Source of the DNA: Mobula hypostoma | Lineage: Eukaryota | Assembly (NCBI RefSeq): GCF_963921235.1 | Contig: NC_086097.1 | Span: 89,344,001 to 89,408,000 of the forward strand | DNA: 64,000 nucleotides | Reading direction: 5' to 3' | Shown: piece by piece, positions 36,966 through 50,954 of the stretch | How positions within the stretch are numbered: position 1 is the first letter of the stretch | How the letters are laid out: each line of letters begins with the position of its first letter | Notes under the pieces: generated by a model | Database searches by the model: none | What the model was told of the DNA's origin: nothing | The model's input: the letters and a program-made list of their open reading frames with translations, nothing else | Translations under genes and position numbers: made by a program

Positions 36966-39508
36966 TGTATTCTGACCACTAGAAGCACAGTTTGTTTTGT
37001 ATGCAGTTCGCTTTGTATGAACGTCACTTCCTGTACATAAACTTTTTTTTAATGTCATTTCCTTTGTGGGTTAATTTGGATTTTGATTTGAAGCACTCAG
37101 GGGAAAGACATCCATCCTGAGCCCCTCTTTATTTGCCTTTGAAACAGCAATACCTTTCCATAAGTAAGATCTTATTAAAAAGCTGAGGGAAGCCTCTTCT
37201 CAGGTGATTTTTTTTTTGAGGTGGTGTTTAATAGGGTGCTTTGTCCATCTGCTCTGTGAGGGCCATAGAGTGAAAAGATTAGCTCTTCAAAGGCATTGCC
37301 TGTCGACTGGAGGCGTATCTAAGTCCTGTTTCCCTGTACACCCTAAAGGCATGTTTTGAATCATGAGATTCAAAATCATGCCTGCAAAAGAGCTCGTGGA
37401 TTTGTCTTGGGGTCAGTAGGAGGGGAGGTCTGCTTACTCTTGCTGAGCCTCATTGAGTGTGACCAACAACAGGGATGAAATCCCAACTCCTGAAGCTGCA
37501 CACAGTCACTCACAGGACATAGTTGACAAGATTCTCCCACTTGACTTTTCTGCTGAGATTTTCCAATTGCCTGGCATAAGGGACGTGAACAACACAATGC
37601 ACCTATACCGAACAACTGGACCTGAGTTAGGTTGTAGTGGGTGAAGTCTGCCTCGATGGAGCTCATCAGCCCACTGTCATTTAAGATTAATGTACTGCAG
37701 AACAGGCGCCCAAGTAATTTCAACCCTGTGAGAGTAAACTCTGAATGAAAGAGCAGATTGTAGGCAAGCAAACCAAGTGCCCTGACATGCTTGCTGTTGC
37801 TCAACCAAACTTAGGCAAGTTGGTCTTCTGTCGCTCAGAAGGGGATTATAAACTGGCACCTTCCATCAAAGATGAGGTCTTCGTTTTAATCATGAGCAAA
37901 GAGTTTAGTAAAGACGAGTCAAAAGGCTGGGCAGCTCCCCTTACTTATCGCTCGCCGCAATAACTCCTACCAAATAACATAGAGCAGGACCTCAGCTGAC
38001 TCGTGTCTCTCAGCTGCATGTTCAGAAGGGAAACAGAAATGAAAGGTTATTATGTGGAGTTCATGGAACAGTGCTGCTGATTTAGCGCTTCCGCCGGATT
38101 CCAACAAAGAAAATTGGTATTTGGACAACTTTGGTGTTTACCACCCCAGAAACTTGCCCAAATTGTCTCTGATTCAAGTGCGCAGTTCAAAGACGTATCA
38201 CTGAACGATGTGCTCTTGTCTAGACCTTGATAACAGTCTGCTCGGGGTTCTCATGTTTCAGAACTGAGTCCGTCATGGTGATGGCAGAAATCAAACTAAT
38301 GTTCCACAGCTTCCTAGTGAGATACAGTCATCAAGACCACTTTCAAGGGAGAGAAGGAATTCGGTACTGAAGCGTGGAGGTACAGAGAAAGGCATTTCTG
38401 TGTCGATGATGATCTGAAATCATTTTCTAATGCAGAAGAAACAGCGCAAGACGTGTTGGCGTAGTCTAATCTCAGACTGCATTAAGATCGCATCCAACAG
38501 TGCTGAGGTCAGGCAGTGTTTCCTGTCAGAAGATCTTGCCAAAGGTCTACAGAATCTTGATCTTGGACAAGATTTCCCTCCTATGCAGTGCATTCTGGGC
38601 CTTGGACAGGACTTTGTTACCAGCGCCTTACTTTCCAGGTTACTCATACTGAAAGACACCTTTTGCATTAGGGTGTGTTATTGACTATCAGCAGCCTATT
38701 TGACCCTGTTGGATTTGCTGCTCCAGTTAGTATTGAGGGATGATTCATGTTAAGTGTTGACCTCAGACACTTGTGATGGGATGTCCCACTCCCTAAAGAG
38801 AAACACAAGCTATGGCAGCAGTTGTATCCTTCCCTTCAGGATCCTAAAGGTTTGAAGATTCCAAGTACCTACACACAACTCTGCTATCCTACAGCTCAAA
38901 AGAAAGGACTCTGCATCTTCTGTGATGCATTAACTTAAGCTGTTGGTGCTGTTGCAAACCTCAAGGTCACAGACACTGCTGTGTATAGTGAAATTTCAAC
39001 TCATCCTGGACAGGGCAAAGTTTGTACCCAAACCAGATCTCACCTCCCTTCTCATTAGACATTGCCACGAACAAGTATGTCATTAAGGACGACATTTTTT
39101 AAGTGAGAACAGTTAAAACCGGTGCAGTAAGACTGATTAAGGACCAGTCCTTTAACCAAAGACTTAATGAAATGATCATTTGACTTTTGTTTCAGTAGTT
39201 AAATTTGACTTCATATAGATGCCAGGCAGGAAGTGTTCTGGCCTCTAGAGGTGCAGTTCATTTTGTATGAATATCACGTCCTGTATGTAAACTGTTTTTT
39301 ATGTCAGAGGTTAATTTGGATTTCACTTTGAAGTACACTGTATAAAGACATCCATCCCCTCTTTATTTGCCCTTGAAACAGCAATATCTTTTCACAACCT
39401 AAGATCTCATTAAGAACCTGAAGGAAGTTTCTGTGTCACCGTTGATTTTTGTCACCGGTGTTTCTCTCACTGCAAAGCTCTGTATATCCACACAGCGAGG
39501 GCAGTAGC
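36966..39508 (+). mobile_element. Internally deleted BEL/Pao LTR retrotransposon (LTRs about 36966-37268 and 39234-39508)
   Basis: Diverged direct repeats sharing ggttaatttggattt, aaagacatccatcc and ctctttatttgcc; purine tract ccaggcaggaag before the TG of the 3' LTR; internal remnants FGVYHP, SLNDVLL, VDDDLKSF, HKIASNS, SLFDPVGFAAP, WDVPLP, IFCDA. Confidence 0.8.
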
Positions 39509-39784
39509 GTGAGAATGCAGAGGATATTCACCAAGAAGTTGCCTGGATTGAAACTTCTGTGTTATAACAAGACACTGGGTTTGTTTTTCCTGGAGCAGAA
39601 GAGATGGAGGTGTATAAAATAGAGGGGCAAGATAACAAGAGGTGTCTAAGCTGACGTTTAAAGTGAGATTTAGCAAGTTCAGAAGGAGTCTTAGAGGGAC
39701 ATTATACACAGAGAGGGCTTTTGGAGTCCATGACCTGTATGATTTATGACCTCAATGCCCTGGGTATGGCTTTGTATAATAAGA

Positions 39785-40560
39785 TTGTAAGATATGGGAG
39801 CAGAATTGGGCTCTTCTGCTCCTCCATTCACTCATGGCTGTTCAACCCTATTTTCACCTTCTCCATGTAAGCCTCAATACCCTTTAATAGTCAGGAACCT
39901 ATCAATCCCTTCCCAATCTTCTGTGGTGATGAATTTCATGGATTCACCGCCTTCAGGCCAAAGAAACTCCTCTTCATCTCAGTTTTAAATGGATGTATCT
40001 TTATTCTCTAATATAGCATAACTTCTCTCTGTTGTGGTGCAGTCCTCCACTTTATAAAAGCAAGAAACAAATTAGCTTTCTTGATCACGTCTCATGCCTG
40101 TTTATGACCATACCTGACCCCATCCAAGCTTTCATTAGCTTTCTACCTTTTCGTTATTTTACCCTGCTCTTCCTTGTTTAGATACACAGCGGATGCTCCT
40201 ACATTTGCCTATCTTGAAATCACTGGCTGCAGTTTCTGTTTACTTAACCTATCAATAGCTCTATAATCTAATGCTTCTATCCACACTGTTTACCATGCCA
40301 TCCATCTTTCCATGATCAGCAGCAACCGATGTGCAGCTTTCTGACCCTTTATCCGATGCCACGAATAGCTGTGCTTCCAACACATCTTTGTGTGACGTCA
40401 CTAGTCACATTCTGCCAAGTTGAGGAGTTCTCCATTTTTCCAGCCTCCCTGTCAGGTCAATAATATGCCTTCAATTCCATGAGCTTCACTTTGAACTAGA
40501 AGAATTTTATACAGGTCTCCATCAATAGATTTCCAGAAACCCACATAAATAACATTCATA
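39785..40560 (-). mobile_element. Degraded CR1 fragments
   Basis: Reverse CR1 3' end from taagatatgggagcagaattggg; reverse RT-like sequence at 40300-40545. Confidence 0.5.
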
Positions 40561-41434
40561 TAAATAACACCCACTGCCCCCTGCTGTAGTCAGCTCTTCA
40601 AAATAAAATCCTTGAATAGTGATGTTATTTTTGTTCCCATGCTCAGCATGAAGCTTTTTTTCTCTAGTGTTCCAAAGAGTTTACATTCAGATTGTTGAGA
40701 TCCACTTGTCCACTTGTTACAGTTAAGTGGGAAACAGCATGAGGTGGCCTGCTTTTCCGAGTGGGTGCTGCTCAACACCTTATCAGCATAATGCCAAGCT
40801 AACAGAAGATAGGAGGCGATCAGTCCAGAAGGACTTGCAAAATAAAGTGCTGGCAACCAACTGGTAAAAGATTATCAAAGGACAGTATGTTTACAAAGGA
40901 GGCCTTTCTGGTGCCTGCTTTGGGATACAGTACATGGATATTTTGAGACACGACACGCAGCGAGTGTGTCATGCTTGAGATGAAGCTGACCCCATGACTC
41001 TCCTCGATATGTAGTGATATACCAAATAGAATAGACGTCCATGGAAATGTGTCCTTCTGCCCATCAACACCTACCCTGCACTAAATCAGTTTTATTCTTT
41101 CCAAATTCTGTGGTACTGTGGAGGTTAGGAATCAGTGAGGACACTTTCTGTCCACAAATAAAACAAGATGAATTCAAATGGCTTATTTTCTAATGGCATA
41201 GACCGAACTCAGTGTTAATCACTTGTCATACAACAAGCCCATCCTGTGGAAGTTCACTCTAGTGCGCTTCATTGCACTCCCTCTACTGAAACATTATTCC
41301 TTCAGTACATTGCAGGTCATGTACACGATACCTGCAGGCTGAACAGGGACCTATGCAATTGGAGCAAGGCAGTGTCCCGTTAATTACATTCTTCCAACTC
41401 AAAAGTAACCTTCCTATTCCAAATATTGGATAAA

Positions 41435-41520
41435 AAGGAAACATCGGAAGCACTGGGCAGCATCTGTGGAAAGAGATGGTCGATGTTTTAGGTCTGTGAC
41501 CTTCCATCAGAACTGGGAAA
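41435..41520 (-). mobile_element. PLE terminal fragment with decayed hammerhead motif (41478-41515)
   Basis: Reverse complement cagtt-CTGATGG-aaggtcacagacct-AAAA-catcgacc. Confidence 0.55.
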
Positions 41521-42789
41521 GAGGCAAGTTTTCAGTAGGAGAGAATATGGGAGAGAACAAAGACATCTCCTTTGTGCAGAAGAAAGGTGATGTCTATGAC
41601 AGACTGGTGGAACCGTTTTAACAGTTGGAGCACACTAAGCTGCTTAGTCTATGTAACGACTGTTAATGGTAAGGTGGTGGGACCTACCTTGAAGGCTGTA
41701 TTGATACAAGAAGTATAAGATAAACAGCCATCATGATGCAAACCAGGAAATGAAAAATGCTGGATACCTAAACAGTCAACATTTTGATTGCCCTTTATTG
41801 CTACTTTGTTTTCTGTCTGCTAACCAGCCCTGAACCCATGCAAGTTAATTATTCCCAATAACATACACTAATTTTATGCAATAGTTTCTTGTGCGGGGTC
41901 ATATTGAACTTGTCTTGGAAGTGCAGATATAATACATTTTTTACATTTATTCTGCTAAATACAAAGTTTGCAAAACTTTTTATAAATCAGCACAGACTCC
42001 TATTAACCTATCTCCCCCTTCCTAAATGATAGATTCTAACATTCCAACCCCACTCCAAATATCAGCTAACTGGTCTATGGTTCTCTTTTTTTTTCTTTAT
42101 TCTTTCTGGAATAGCCGGGTTATATTTGCCATCTTCCAATCTTTGGGAAGTATTCAAGAATTTGTTGAATATTGATAGTGTGCATCATTACTTAAATCCA
42201 TTAACAATATGACAAAGGATGGAGTAACCTACTCGTGCAGGCTTCAGTCAGGCTTGGCCTTGTAGATGGTAGATAACAGTTATGCCGTGCAAGTGCCAGG
42301 CAGTGACTACTTCTTTAGAAAATCTACCTATATTCCTATTCAACAGTACAACCATTACCAAATTCTCCACTTTCAACACTCTGCAGAAACTGACTGGTGA
42401 GTTGACAGCTGGCCCATCCATCACTGGTGGAATTTGGGTATCTGTGATGGGTCACTTGCCTCCTGGATTCCCAAAGCGTTTCTCCATTTAGGTGGCACAA
42501 ATTAAGAGTGTGAAGAAATGCGTTCCGTTTGTCTGGTGATGTTCAGTCCAAATAATATGGAAAGTTAAATGGTCTATTCGTTTGGCACTTTATACTTAAT
42601 TTTAAATATTTACTCCGCATTTGGTGCACCACTGTCCTACTACTACTGTTGCTCCAATACTTTGTAGAAACTCTTTACTGTTGAAAACACAGTGATCCCA
42701 ACACCCTTATCCCTACCTCTCTAGGATAGCAGATGCATGGGAACACTTCCATCTTGCAATAAAAAAACATTTGATTTCCATCTTGGTCA

Positions 42790-43372
42790 AATGCCTGTAG
42801 GTGTTCAGCAGGATGGTAGGAATACGCATCTTTGGTCAGGGTTGACCGTGGATATTGCATCCTATCTGTCTGGATACGCAAGCCTGGGCAGTACGGTATG
42901 GAGAGCAAGCAGTTGCCCATGTAGCAGTCTCCCCCTGTCCACACAGCTGGTGAAAGCAAAGGAATAGCAGAGATACAGTTTGGCACCAGCTGTGTCACAG
43001 GAGTTGCCAGACAGAATTGAACTCAATGTAAGGCTGCCTTAGGGACTCTAGCACCAGATTTTTTCCTTGGTGTTTACTCCCAAAGCCTTCCCCATGAGGG
43101 GGTATGACCACAAGGCAGCAGAATGTTGAGGTCAGAGTTTTCCTTCTCTTGCCATCTGTCTGAAGCGACTAGTTTTAAGGCACCAGTAAACCCTCTTTGC
43201 CCGTTCTCTTGTCAGTAGAAATGGTTCCACTGGGCTTAGTAGCTAAGCCACTTGTGAAGGTGAGGAGCTGGACTTGGTTGTCAGAGGCTATTTGATGTGC
43301 ATGCCAGTGGGAGCATTTACAGGAAGTGGGATATTGTCCCTTTACCAACCCCGGCTATAAAAGTCTTAAGGA
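42790..43372. mobile_element. Unclassified repeat, possibly an RTE-clade 5' region or derived SINE
   Basis: gatacagtttggcaccagc..caggagttgcc and cagagttttccttctc resemble RTE-associated sequence as recalled; not confirmed. Confidence 0.35.
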
Positions 43373-43759
43373 ATACAATCACCCACAAATGAGTGAGGTT
43401 GCAGGTAATGCCTCGTTATTTACCTTTTCAAGAAGACTCTAGAAGAATGTCGGTAGTAAATGCTGCTCTTTCAACAATTCACACTTAGTCTATATAAATG
43501 GAAATGATACTTTGACCCAAGATCACCAAAGTTTCTCTCTGTTAGGCTTTCCTCCATTTGCATTCTGTTCTTATGTGGATCAATAGATTGTGTCATTGCT
43601 GTAATGATAACTATCTGTTATATTATGTGACGACCACAATATTGAAGGGAGAACAGATGGCCCATGACTTTTTAAAAAAAATGTTATCTTCTAAATTCTG
43701 TGCCTTAGTTAAACACACTGATCATCTGACAACTATAAAGAGCCAATAAAAACCTTTTG

Positions 43760-44030
43760 CGTTAAGGCTCTGTCTACCCACTTAGTTGGTGGTAAAAGAT
43801 CCCACAGTGCTTTTCAAACGAAAATGGAACCGTTCTCCAAGTGTTCCTGGAAATTTCTTTCTGCCTGAGGGTTATTTTGAAATGATCACATAATTGTTGT
43901 GGTATTTACTGTACTCAATTTGGCTGCTGCATTTCCTAAGTCACACAGACCGAACTTCAAAGATAGTTTGCTGGCTTTGAAGCAATTTAGCATATTAAAA
44001 AGACAGTAAAAGATGTAAAAAAAATCAAGT
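43760..44030 (+). mobile_element. Deu-domain (AmnSINE/SacSINE-like) SINE, 3' part
   Basis: ggtaaaagatcccacagtgc..gtgttcctgg..tttggctgctgcatttcct..acttcaaa..ggctttgaagcaattt. Confidence 0.6.
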
Positions 44031-44433
44031 TTCCCTGTCCTTCCTCATAACTAGTTCCACTGACAGGTGAGTCACAAACGAATGGTGATTGTTGGCAAAA
44101 GATTCGAGGGCAAGATGAAAAGTTGTGTTATGAGGTGATTTGTAGTCTTTAGTGCCTAAAATGGTGGCAGTTTCATTCATTCATTCCTTTGAAAGTAAAA
44201 TTGGATAGGCCCTGCGAGAGGGAAAATTTGCCTGGTTGTGGGTGAAGAGCTGAAAAATGTGATTAATTGGGTGACTGCATGGTGCATTGATTCCTTAGGC
44301 GAATGTAAGAAACTCCCTAGAACAGGAGAGACAGAGATGCTGCAATTTCCGCTGTGGTGTTAATTTTATTTAGATCACACCACACTGCCACGGACTTTGG
44401 AGTAAAGTTATGGTGTTGACAGTGGTCTTATTT

Positions 44434-44569
44434 ACAAACAAGAGAAAATCTGCAGATGCTGGAAACCCGAGCAACACACGCAAAGTGCTGGAGGAGCTCA
44501 GCAGGCCAGACAGCATCTATGGAAAAAAAAAAGTACAGTCGATGTTTCAGGCCGAAACCCTTCGTCAGG
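44434..44569 (-). mobile_element. PLE terminus with hammerhead motif (44536-44569)
   Basis: Reverse complement c-CTGACGA-agggtttcggcct-GAAA-catcgactg; truncated just upstream of the core. Confidence 0.8.
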
Positions 44570-45769
44570 TGCTCTCATTTAGCCTGTTTTGTTGTGGTGG
44601 TGTCTGATCTTGTGCTACTTTCAATTCAAGGGAAGGGAACGGGGGCAGCAACTCATCCCACAGGTAACAATGTGATTCTGTCAGAAACTGAAGGAATGGT
44701 TGAGGACTAGTCATGCTTTTGCTTGGAGTAGTTTTGAGTGATCTGCTCTTGCCCATGTGAGAAGGGAAGTCTCACTGGTCAATACTGCAGCCTAGATTTT
44801 TGTTTTGCTCAAGCACCTCACTCTAGTCTGGCTGCCACCAGAATTCTAACTCTAAGCATAGCTAAAATTTGTAAGTGCAAAATTCATGAATTTATTGTGC
44901 TGATCGAGCATATTTGTGATCCATGAATGGGGCTTCATTTGTGTGTTCCTTCCCCCCCCCCCCACCAAATGTGTGTGGGTTGGTAGATTAATTGACCATT
45001 TTTAAGGAACCATGTACATCATCTCACCATTAAGTCCACGGCTCCAGTTTTGGCAGCAATGTATTTCTTGGTTATTTCGCTTTTCACCCTGGAATTTCTT
45101 CTCTATACGTTTCTCTTGCACCCTCTCCTGTTAACTCTGCTCTGTAAAAGCTGCTGCTTTGGCTAATGTTCCGGTGATCTATCTTTAACTTGCTGCCTGC
45201 AGAGTAGATTTGGTCTGATTATGATCTTGTGGTGCACTTCCAGGTGTTTTACTATCAAAGACGAGTGTGTTTGCTCGTTGGTGTTCTTGCCCAACTTGGC
45301 AGTCCTTTCCAATCTTAATATCTTCAAGAAGCCAAGTTAGAAGTGGCAAAAAATGGATCAAACTGCTTTGTAGCTAAGGACCCAAGTTTTTTTCTGAGAA
45401 TAATTGTGGGTTCAAATCCCACCCAGTGCAAGTTTGGAAAATCTTATTTAACAAGTTTGATTAAACTTGGCTGGCATCAGGAAATTAAACCAGGAACATA
45501 GCTGGAATACCATACAACCTCCAGGGAAGGGAATCTGCTGATTTCTCCAACTTTTGTGTACAAGAGACTGGTTCTGTTCTCTATATTGAACTCAAAGCCC
45601 CTGGGGCAGTTAAGAATGTAGCTGTAAGCATTTGCTTCCCAGTCTCAATCAGGTTGTGTAAACACAGTGAGAAAATCCTCTCCTCTTCATCCATGAAGAG
45701 CTAATAGATCTGCTTCTTCACAGTTCCAGCCACCTAGGTTTTAAAAAAACACCTTGTTCACTGATGCGG

Positions 45770-46510
45770 CAGACACAAAATGCAGGAGGAACTCAGAAGG
45801 TCAGGCAGCATCTATGGAAATGAATAATCTGTTGATGTTTCAGGCCGAGCCCCTTCTTCAGGACTGGAAAGGAAGGGGAAAGATGCCAAAATAAAAAGAG
45901 GGTGGGGAAGAAGGATAGCTAGAAGTTGATAGGTGGAGCCAGCTAGGTAAAGGGCTGGAGAGGAAGGAATCTGATAGGAGAGTGGACCATAGGAGAAAGG
46001 GAAGGAAAAGAGGCAGCAAGGGCAGGTGAGAAGAAGTAAAAGGCCGGAGTGGGGAATAGAAGATGAGGGAGTGGGGAATAGAAGATGAGGAAATGGGGAA
46101 GGAATTTTTTTTTGAATAGAAGGAGTAATCGATATTCATGCCATCCGGTTGGGGGCTTCCCAGACAGAATATAAGGTGTTGTTTCTCCACCCTGAGGGTG
46201 GCCTCATCATGTTACAAGAGGAGGCCATGTACTGACATGACAGAATGGGAATGAGAACTGTAATTAAATTGTTTGGCCACTGGGAAGTTCTGCTTTTGGC
46301 AGATGGAGCAGAGGTGCTCGATGAATGTAGAGGAGGCAGCATCAGGAGAACCAGACATGATCGATGATCCAAGCAGATTCGCAGGTGAAGTGTTGCCTTG
46401 CGTGGAAGGACTGTTTGCAGCCCTGAATGGAGGTGAATAAGCAGGTGTAACACTTTGGCCACTTACAGGGATAAGTGCTGGGAGGGATCGAATGGACAAG
46501 GGAATAGCAT
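45770..46510 (-). mobile_element. Degraded PLE: GIY-YIG region, 3' UTR and hammerhead motif (45830-45866)
   Basis: QSFHARQHFTCESA, EHLCSICQKQNFPVAKQFN, EKQHLIFCLGSPQPDGMN; cagtc-CTGAAGA-aggggctcggcct-GAAA-catcaac. Confidence 0.85.
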
Positions 46511-47776
46511 GAAGTCAATATCCCAACTGGTAAGGTTGGGACATGGACTGCTCTATTCACCAATGCTGTTCAGGAGGGAAAATCCTTCTCTTAACTGGTT
46601 CTTCAGTTCAGTGTCCTCTAGACATGGACAACAAATACAGAAACCTGCAAACCCAAGCTCCTAAGGCCACTTGCCCTTCCATGTGCCATAACATCTCACC
46701 AGTATGGCCATTGCAAATTGTCCAAGTGTACCGGTGAGTGATGGAATGCAGGGGAATTGATGGGAAAAGTCAGAGGATAGGTTACTGGGAAAATTAATGG
46801 GGTGATGGGATTGTTCAGTGAGGTAGGATAGGCCTTCCTCAGTTTAAATGTCGATGGATCATTGACATGGTTTTGAGTAATGGCTTGCTATAAACAAAGT
46901 GAACATGCCACCTGCTAACTGACTGTAGAGTTGCCTCTTATTATCGTCCCTCGAAATGAACAAGCTTTTAAAAATGGAAGAGAGCAAAGTCATCCATTGA
47001 GTTAGATTTCCAGGATGTTTGGCTTTGTACAAAGGTTAGTGAAACTTTGGAAGCCACTCTCCCTCCCAAACTATTCTCACTCCATCCCAAATGCAGTTAG
47101 AGCCAGGAGTCAGCTGATGAATTTGAAACCGTGATAATAGATTTTTATTAGGTACAAATATTCATTGTGCTACAAGTCAGTGAAAATCTAATTGTATATA
47201 ATTGGTCTGTGGGCTAAATGGCTCATAGGTCAGACCACATCTCACTCTAGTGACAAGAATATTGGATGAAAAGACTATAATTATTCAACACCAGGTCAAT
47301 TACATGGTAAGTGCATGGCTGCTGGACTTGGCCATTAAAGAGAAACTAATATGCTGTCTTTCTTGTGGTATGATTTCATCTACCTTACCAATGATGCCAA
47401 TTATATCCCTGCCGCAGTTTATCTTCCCTAGAAACGCATTCCCACACCTCTCCACCCTTGGTATTTTCCCCTCCATTACTCTCTTTCAGCTGCCAAGGCC
47501 AAGGGTGTCAGAAATCCTGGCCACCATCTTCATCTTCTCCCTTTTCATTCACTCCTTTGGTACTTTCCTCTGTTAACACTTCCTAGTTTGCCAGCCCTTG
47601 GTGCATGGTTCATTTTATGACAGGTTTGAAGAACCTTCAGAGCTTTCTTGTTAGTTACCCGTGATTCTTATTCTTACACTCTGAATGTGAGAACATTTTT
47701 AAACCAGCTCTCGTCTTGACAGCTGAAAATTGTGTCTTGCACACAAGCCTTTGCCCAATGAGTAATGTTTCCAATA

Positions 47777-48314
47777 CACTCAGTAGCCACTTCATTAGAT
47801 ACACCTGTACACCTCATTAATGCAAATATCTAATCAGCCAATCATGTGTTAGCAAATCAATGTTGCAGACGTGGTCATGAGGTTCAGTTGTTGTTCAGAC
47901 CAAACATCAGAATGGGGAGGAAATATGATCTAAGTGACTTTGACCATGGAATGATTGTTGATGCCAGATGGGATGGTTTGAGTACCTCAAAAACTTCTGA
48001 TCTTCTGGGATTTTCACACACAGCAGTCTAGAGTTTACAGAGAATGACGCGAGAACAAAAAAAAAACAGAGTGAGAGCGCTCTGTGGATGAAAATAACTT
48101 GTTTGTGAGAGAGGTCAGAGGAGAATGACCAACTGGTTCAAGCTGATGGGAAAGAGACTATAACCAAATAAGCATGTGTACAAAGGTGGTGTGCAGAAGA
48201 GCACCTCTGAATACACATGTCAAACCATGAAGAGGATGGCCTACCGCAGAGAAGACCACAAACACACACTCAGTGGCAGGTACAGGAAATATCTAATGAA
48301 CTGGCTACTGAGTG
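47777..48314 (+). mobile_element. Non-autonomous Tc1/mariner element with a transposase N-terminal remnant
   Basis: 25-bp TIRs at 47777-47801 and 48290-48314 (1 mismatch), TA on the left; MGRKYDLSDFDHGMIV..GLS.S.T..LLGFSHTAV HTH-like peptide. Confidence 0.85.
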
Positions 48315-49164
48315 CATAAAACAGTATCTACACTTCAACAAGTACAACTTGAGCATGGGTGTCCTTGGGTTGTAAAGGTGCCACATTAATGCAAATTATT
48401 TTCTTAGTTGCAAATATATGGAGAAGGTGCCTGAAGTTTCTTGACCTTCAATGAATCTGTGATACTGGTGATAGAACCCTTATTCACCAAAGCTGCTTGT
48501 GATCCAGCTGAGTCTAATTTATGGTCATCTACCCAAGTACAAGTAAAAGGTTTCAAGCAAGTTTATCAGTGTGTATTCATTGCAATATACTACCTTGAGG
48601 TTAATTTTCTTGCAGACTTTCACGGGGAGAAAGAAATACAGTAGAGTTTTCTAAAGAAAACCGACACACCCACAGGAAAATACTGACAAACACCAATATG
48701 TAAAAGAAGTGCAAATACAAATAATACTGAGAACGAGAAATGTAAAGAGTCCTTGAAACTGAGGCTGTAGATGGTAGAATCAGTTCAGAGTAGTGGTGAA
48801 TGAAGTTATTCATGCCAATTCAAGAGGATGGCAGTTGTAGGGTACTGACTGTCCCTGAACCTACTGGTGCGTCCTAACCCAATGGCAGCAGTGAGAAGAG
48901 GATATGGCCTGGATGTTTGATGGCTGGTTTCCTTGTGGTAGTGCTCCATGTAAATATACAGGATCAATAAAAAATTTACATGGCAACAGTGTCACAGGCA
49001 CATAGTATCGGATACACGTTTTTCACAAGAAAACATAAATTACACAAAATTATATAAGCAAGAGCACAATTAGAACGAAAGAAAGATGTCTATTATAGAG
49101 CAAAGTGATCGTAGTGTTATAGATAGTAATTAGAGTTATGCTGGTTTCCAGAATCAGATGGAAG

Positions 49165-49266
49165 CTCAACCTGATGAAGGTCTTGGCCCAAAACATCGAC
49201 TGTTTACTCTTTTCCATAGATGCTGCCTGGCCCGCTGGATTCCTCCAATGTTTTGTGTGTGTTGCA
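49165..49266 (+). mobile_element. PLE terminus with decayed hammerhead motif (49170-49202)
   Basis: c-CTGATGA-aggtcttggccc-AAAA-catcgactg followed by gatgctgcctggcc. Confidence 0.75.
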
Positions 49267-50954
49267 ATGGGTCAAACCTCATGGTGTGATAATTCATACT
49301 TCTCTACCTCCTGCCGGATGGTAGCCGTGAGAAGATGGCATAGCCTAGAAATGTGGGGATCCTTGGATGTTGCCTTCTTGTAGATGACATGAGACAGCAC
49401 CTCGTGTGGATACTTCAGACGGTGAGGAAGAATGTGCCTGTGATGTATTGGGTTGAGTCCACTACTCTCCCAGCTTCTTGCATTCCTGCACATTCGTAAT
49501 GCTGTATCAGATCATGAGACAACCAGTGAGTATTCAGAATTGGTTACAAAGTGCCAGCTGTTGGGGAATGGAGGGAGCAGTGTGGTGTTACATAATCTTT
49601 TAACTTGAGTGCACATTGGGAGCAATGTGTAATCATCAGATGGGAGCAATCCTCCAATACAATTTGGTTATGAGGCAACGGTGGAGATAATTAGCAAAGC
49701 TGATTAAATGCTTGATCGAGGAGGTAGGTGTAAAGAATGCAAATAAGACTACTGATGGCTGGCTGCCTAGTCAGCTCATGACACAGATGTCCACAATGTG
49801 TGAGTGCACGATAGGCAGGAGGCCAGAGCTCAAAGCTCGGCAGGGTTGTAGATGAGAGGTAGGAGTGGGGTTTGGTTGGGAGCAGGAGGGTAGAAGGCTA
49901 GGGGTTAGAATTCTGAAATTGGCACCAGAAGTCGGTGCAGGTCACGGAGCTTAGGGATGACAAATTGCTAACTTTGTTTATTATTGTCAAAGCAGTGGAA
50001 AAACTTTGTATTGCATGCTGCCGTCTATACGGACCATTCCATCGCATCAAGGTAGTACAAGGGAGAAGCAATAACACAGTGCAGAATATAGTTACAGGGA
50101 AAATACACTGTAGATGGATGATAAGGTTCAGGGCTATAATGGGGCAGATTGAGTGTTGTCCACCATAATGCACAATGCTGTTGCGGCAATGGGTTCAGTT
50201 CTGTTGCTGTCAGTAAAAAGTTTCTGTGCTCTTCCTGTGATCGCATGGGTTTTCTCCAAGAGCTCTGAATTCTTTCCACTTTCCAAAACCGTATGGGTTA
50301 GCAGGTGCAACATGGGTGTAATTGGGCAGCACAGGCTTATTGGGCCGGAAGGGCTTGTGACCTTGCTGTATCTTTAAATAAACTAAGGCGAAGAAGTCCA
50401 TTCAACAGCCTTATAACAGCAGGATAGAAACTTTCCTTGAGCCGAGGGTATATGTTTTCAGGATTTTGTATCTTCTGCCTGATGGGAGGGGGTAGGAGAG
50501 AGAATGTCCAGGGTGGGTGCGGTCTTTGATTATGTTGGGTGATTTACTGGGGTACCTCCAAGGGAGGATGGCTTTCATAATGTGCTGAGCTGTCTACAAT
50601 TTTCTGCAGTTTCATGTGGTCCCAGGCAGAGCAGTTGCTGTACCAAATCATGATGCATCAGGATAGCATTTTTAAAAAAATGGTGATACATCAGTAAGAA
50701 TCAGTGAGGGTTAAATGGGACACGCCAAATTTCTTTAGCAATAATTTTCTGTTTTTAGAGGAAAAATAAAGTCCCTTAATTTTTAAGTGGTGAGAGATTG
50801 CTGAGTTCTAAGTTGCCCAGGGGCCTTGGGTCACAGATTGCATGATTCACAGATTCCTATATGGTTACAGAAAATAATTAGGAAAGAAAACTATATTATT
50901 ATTTATTGCCACAGAATTGAATATAAAAGGAGAGAGCACGCAAACATGAGGAAT

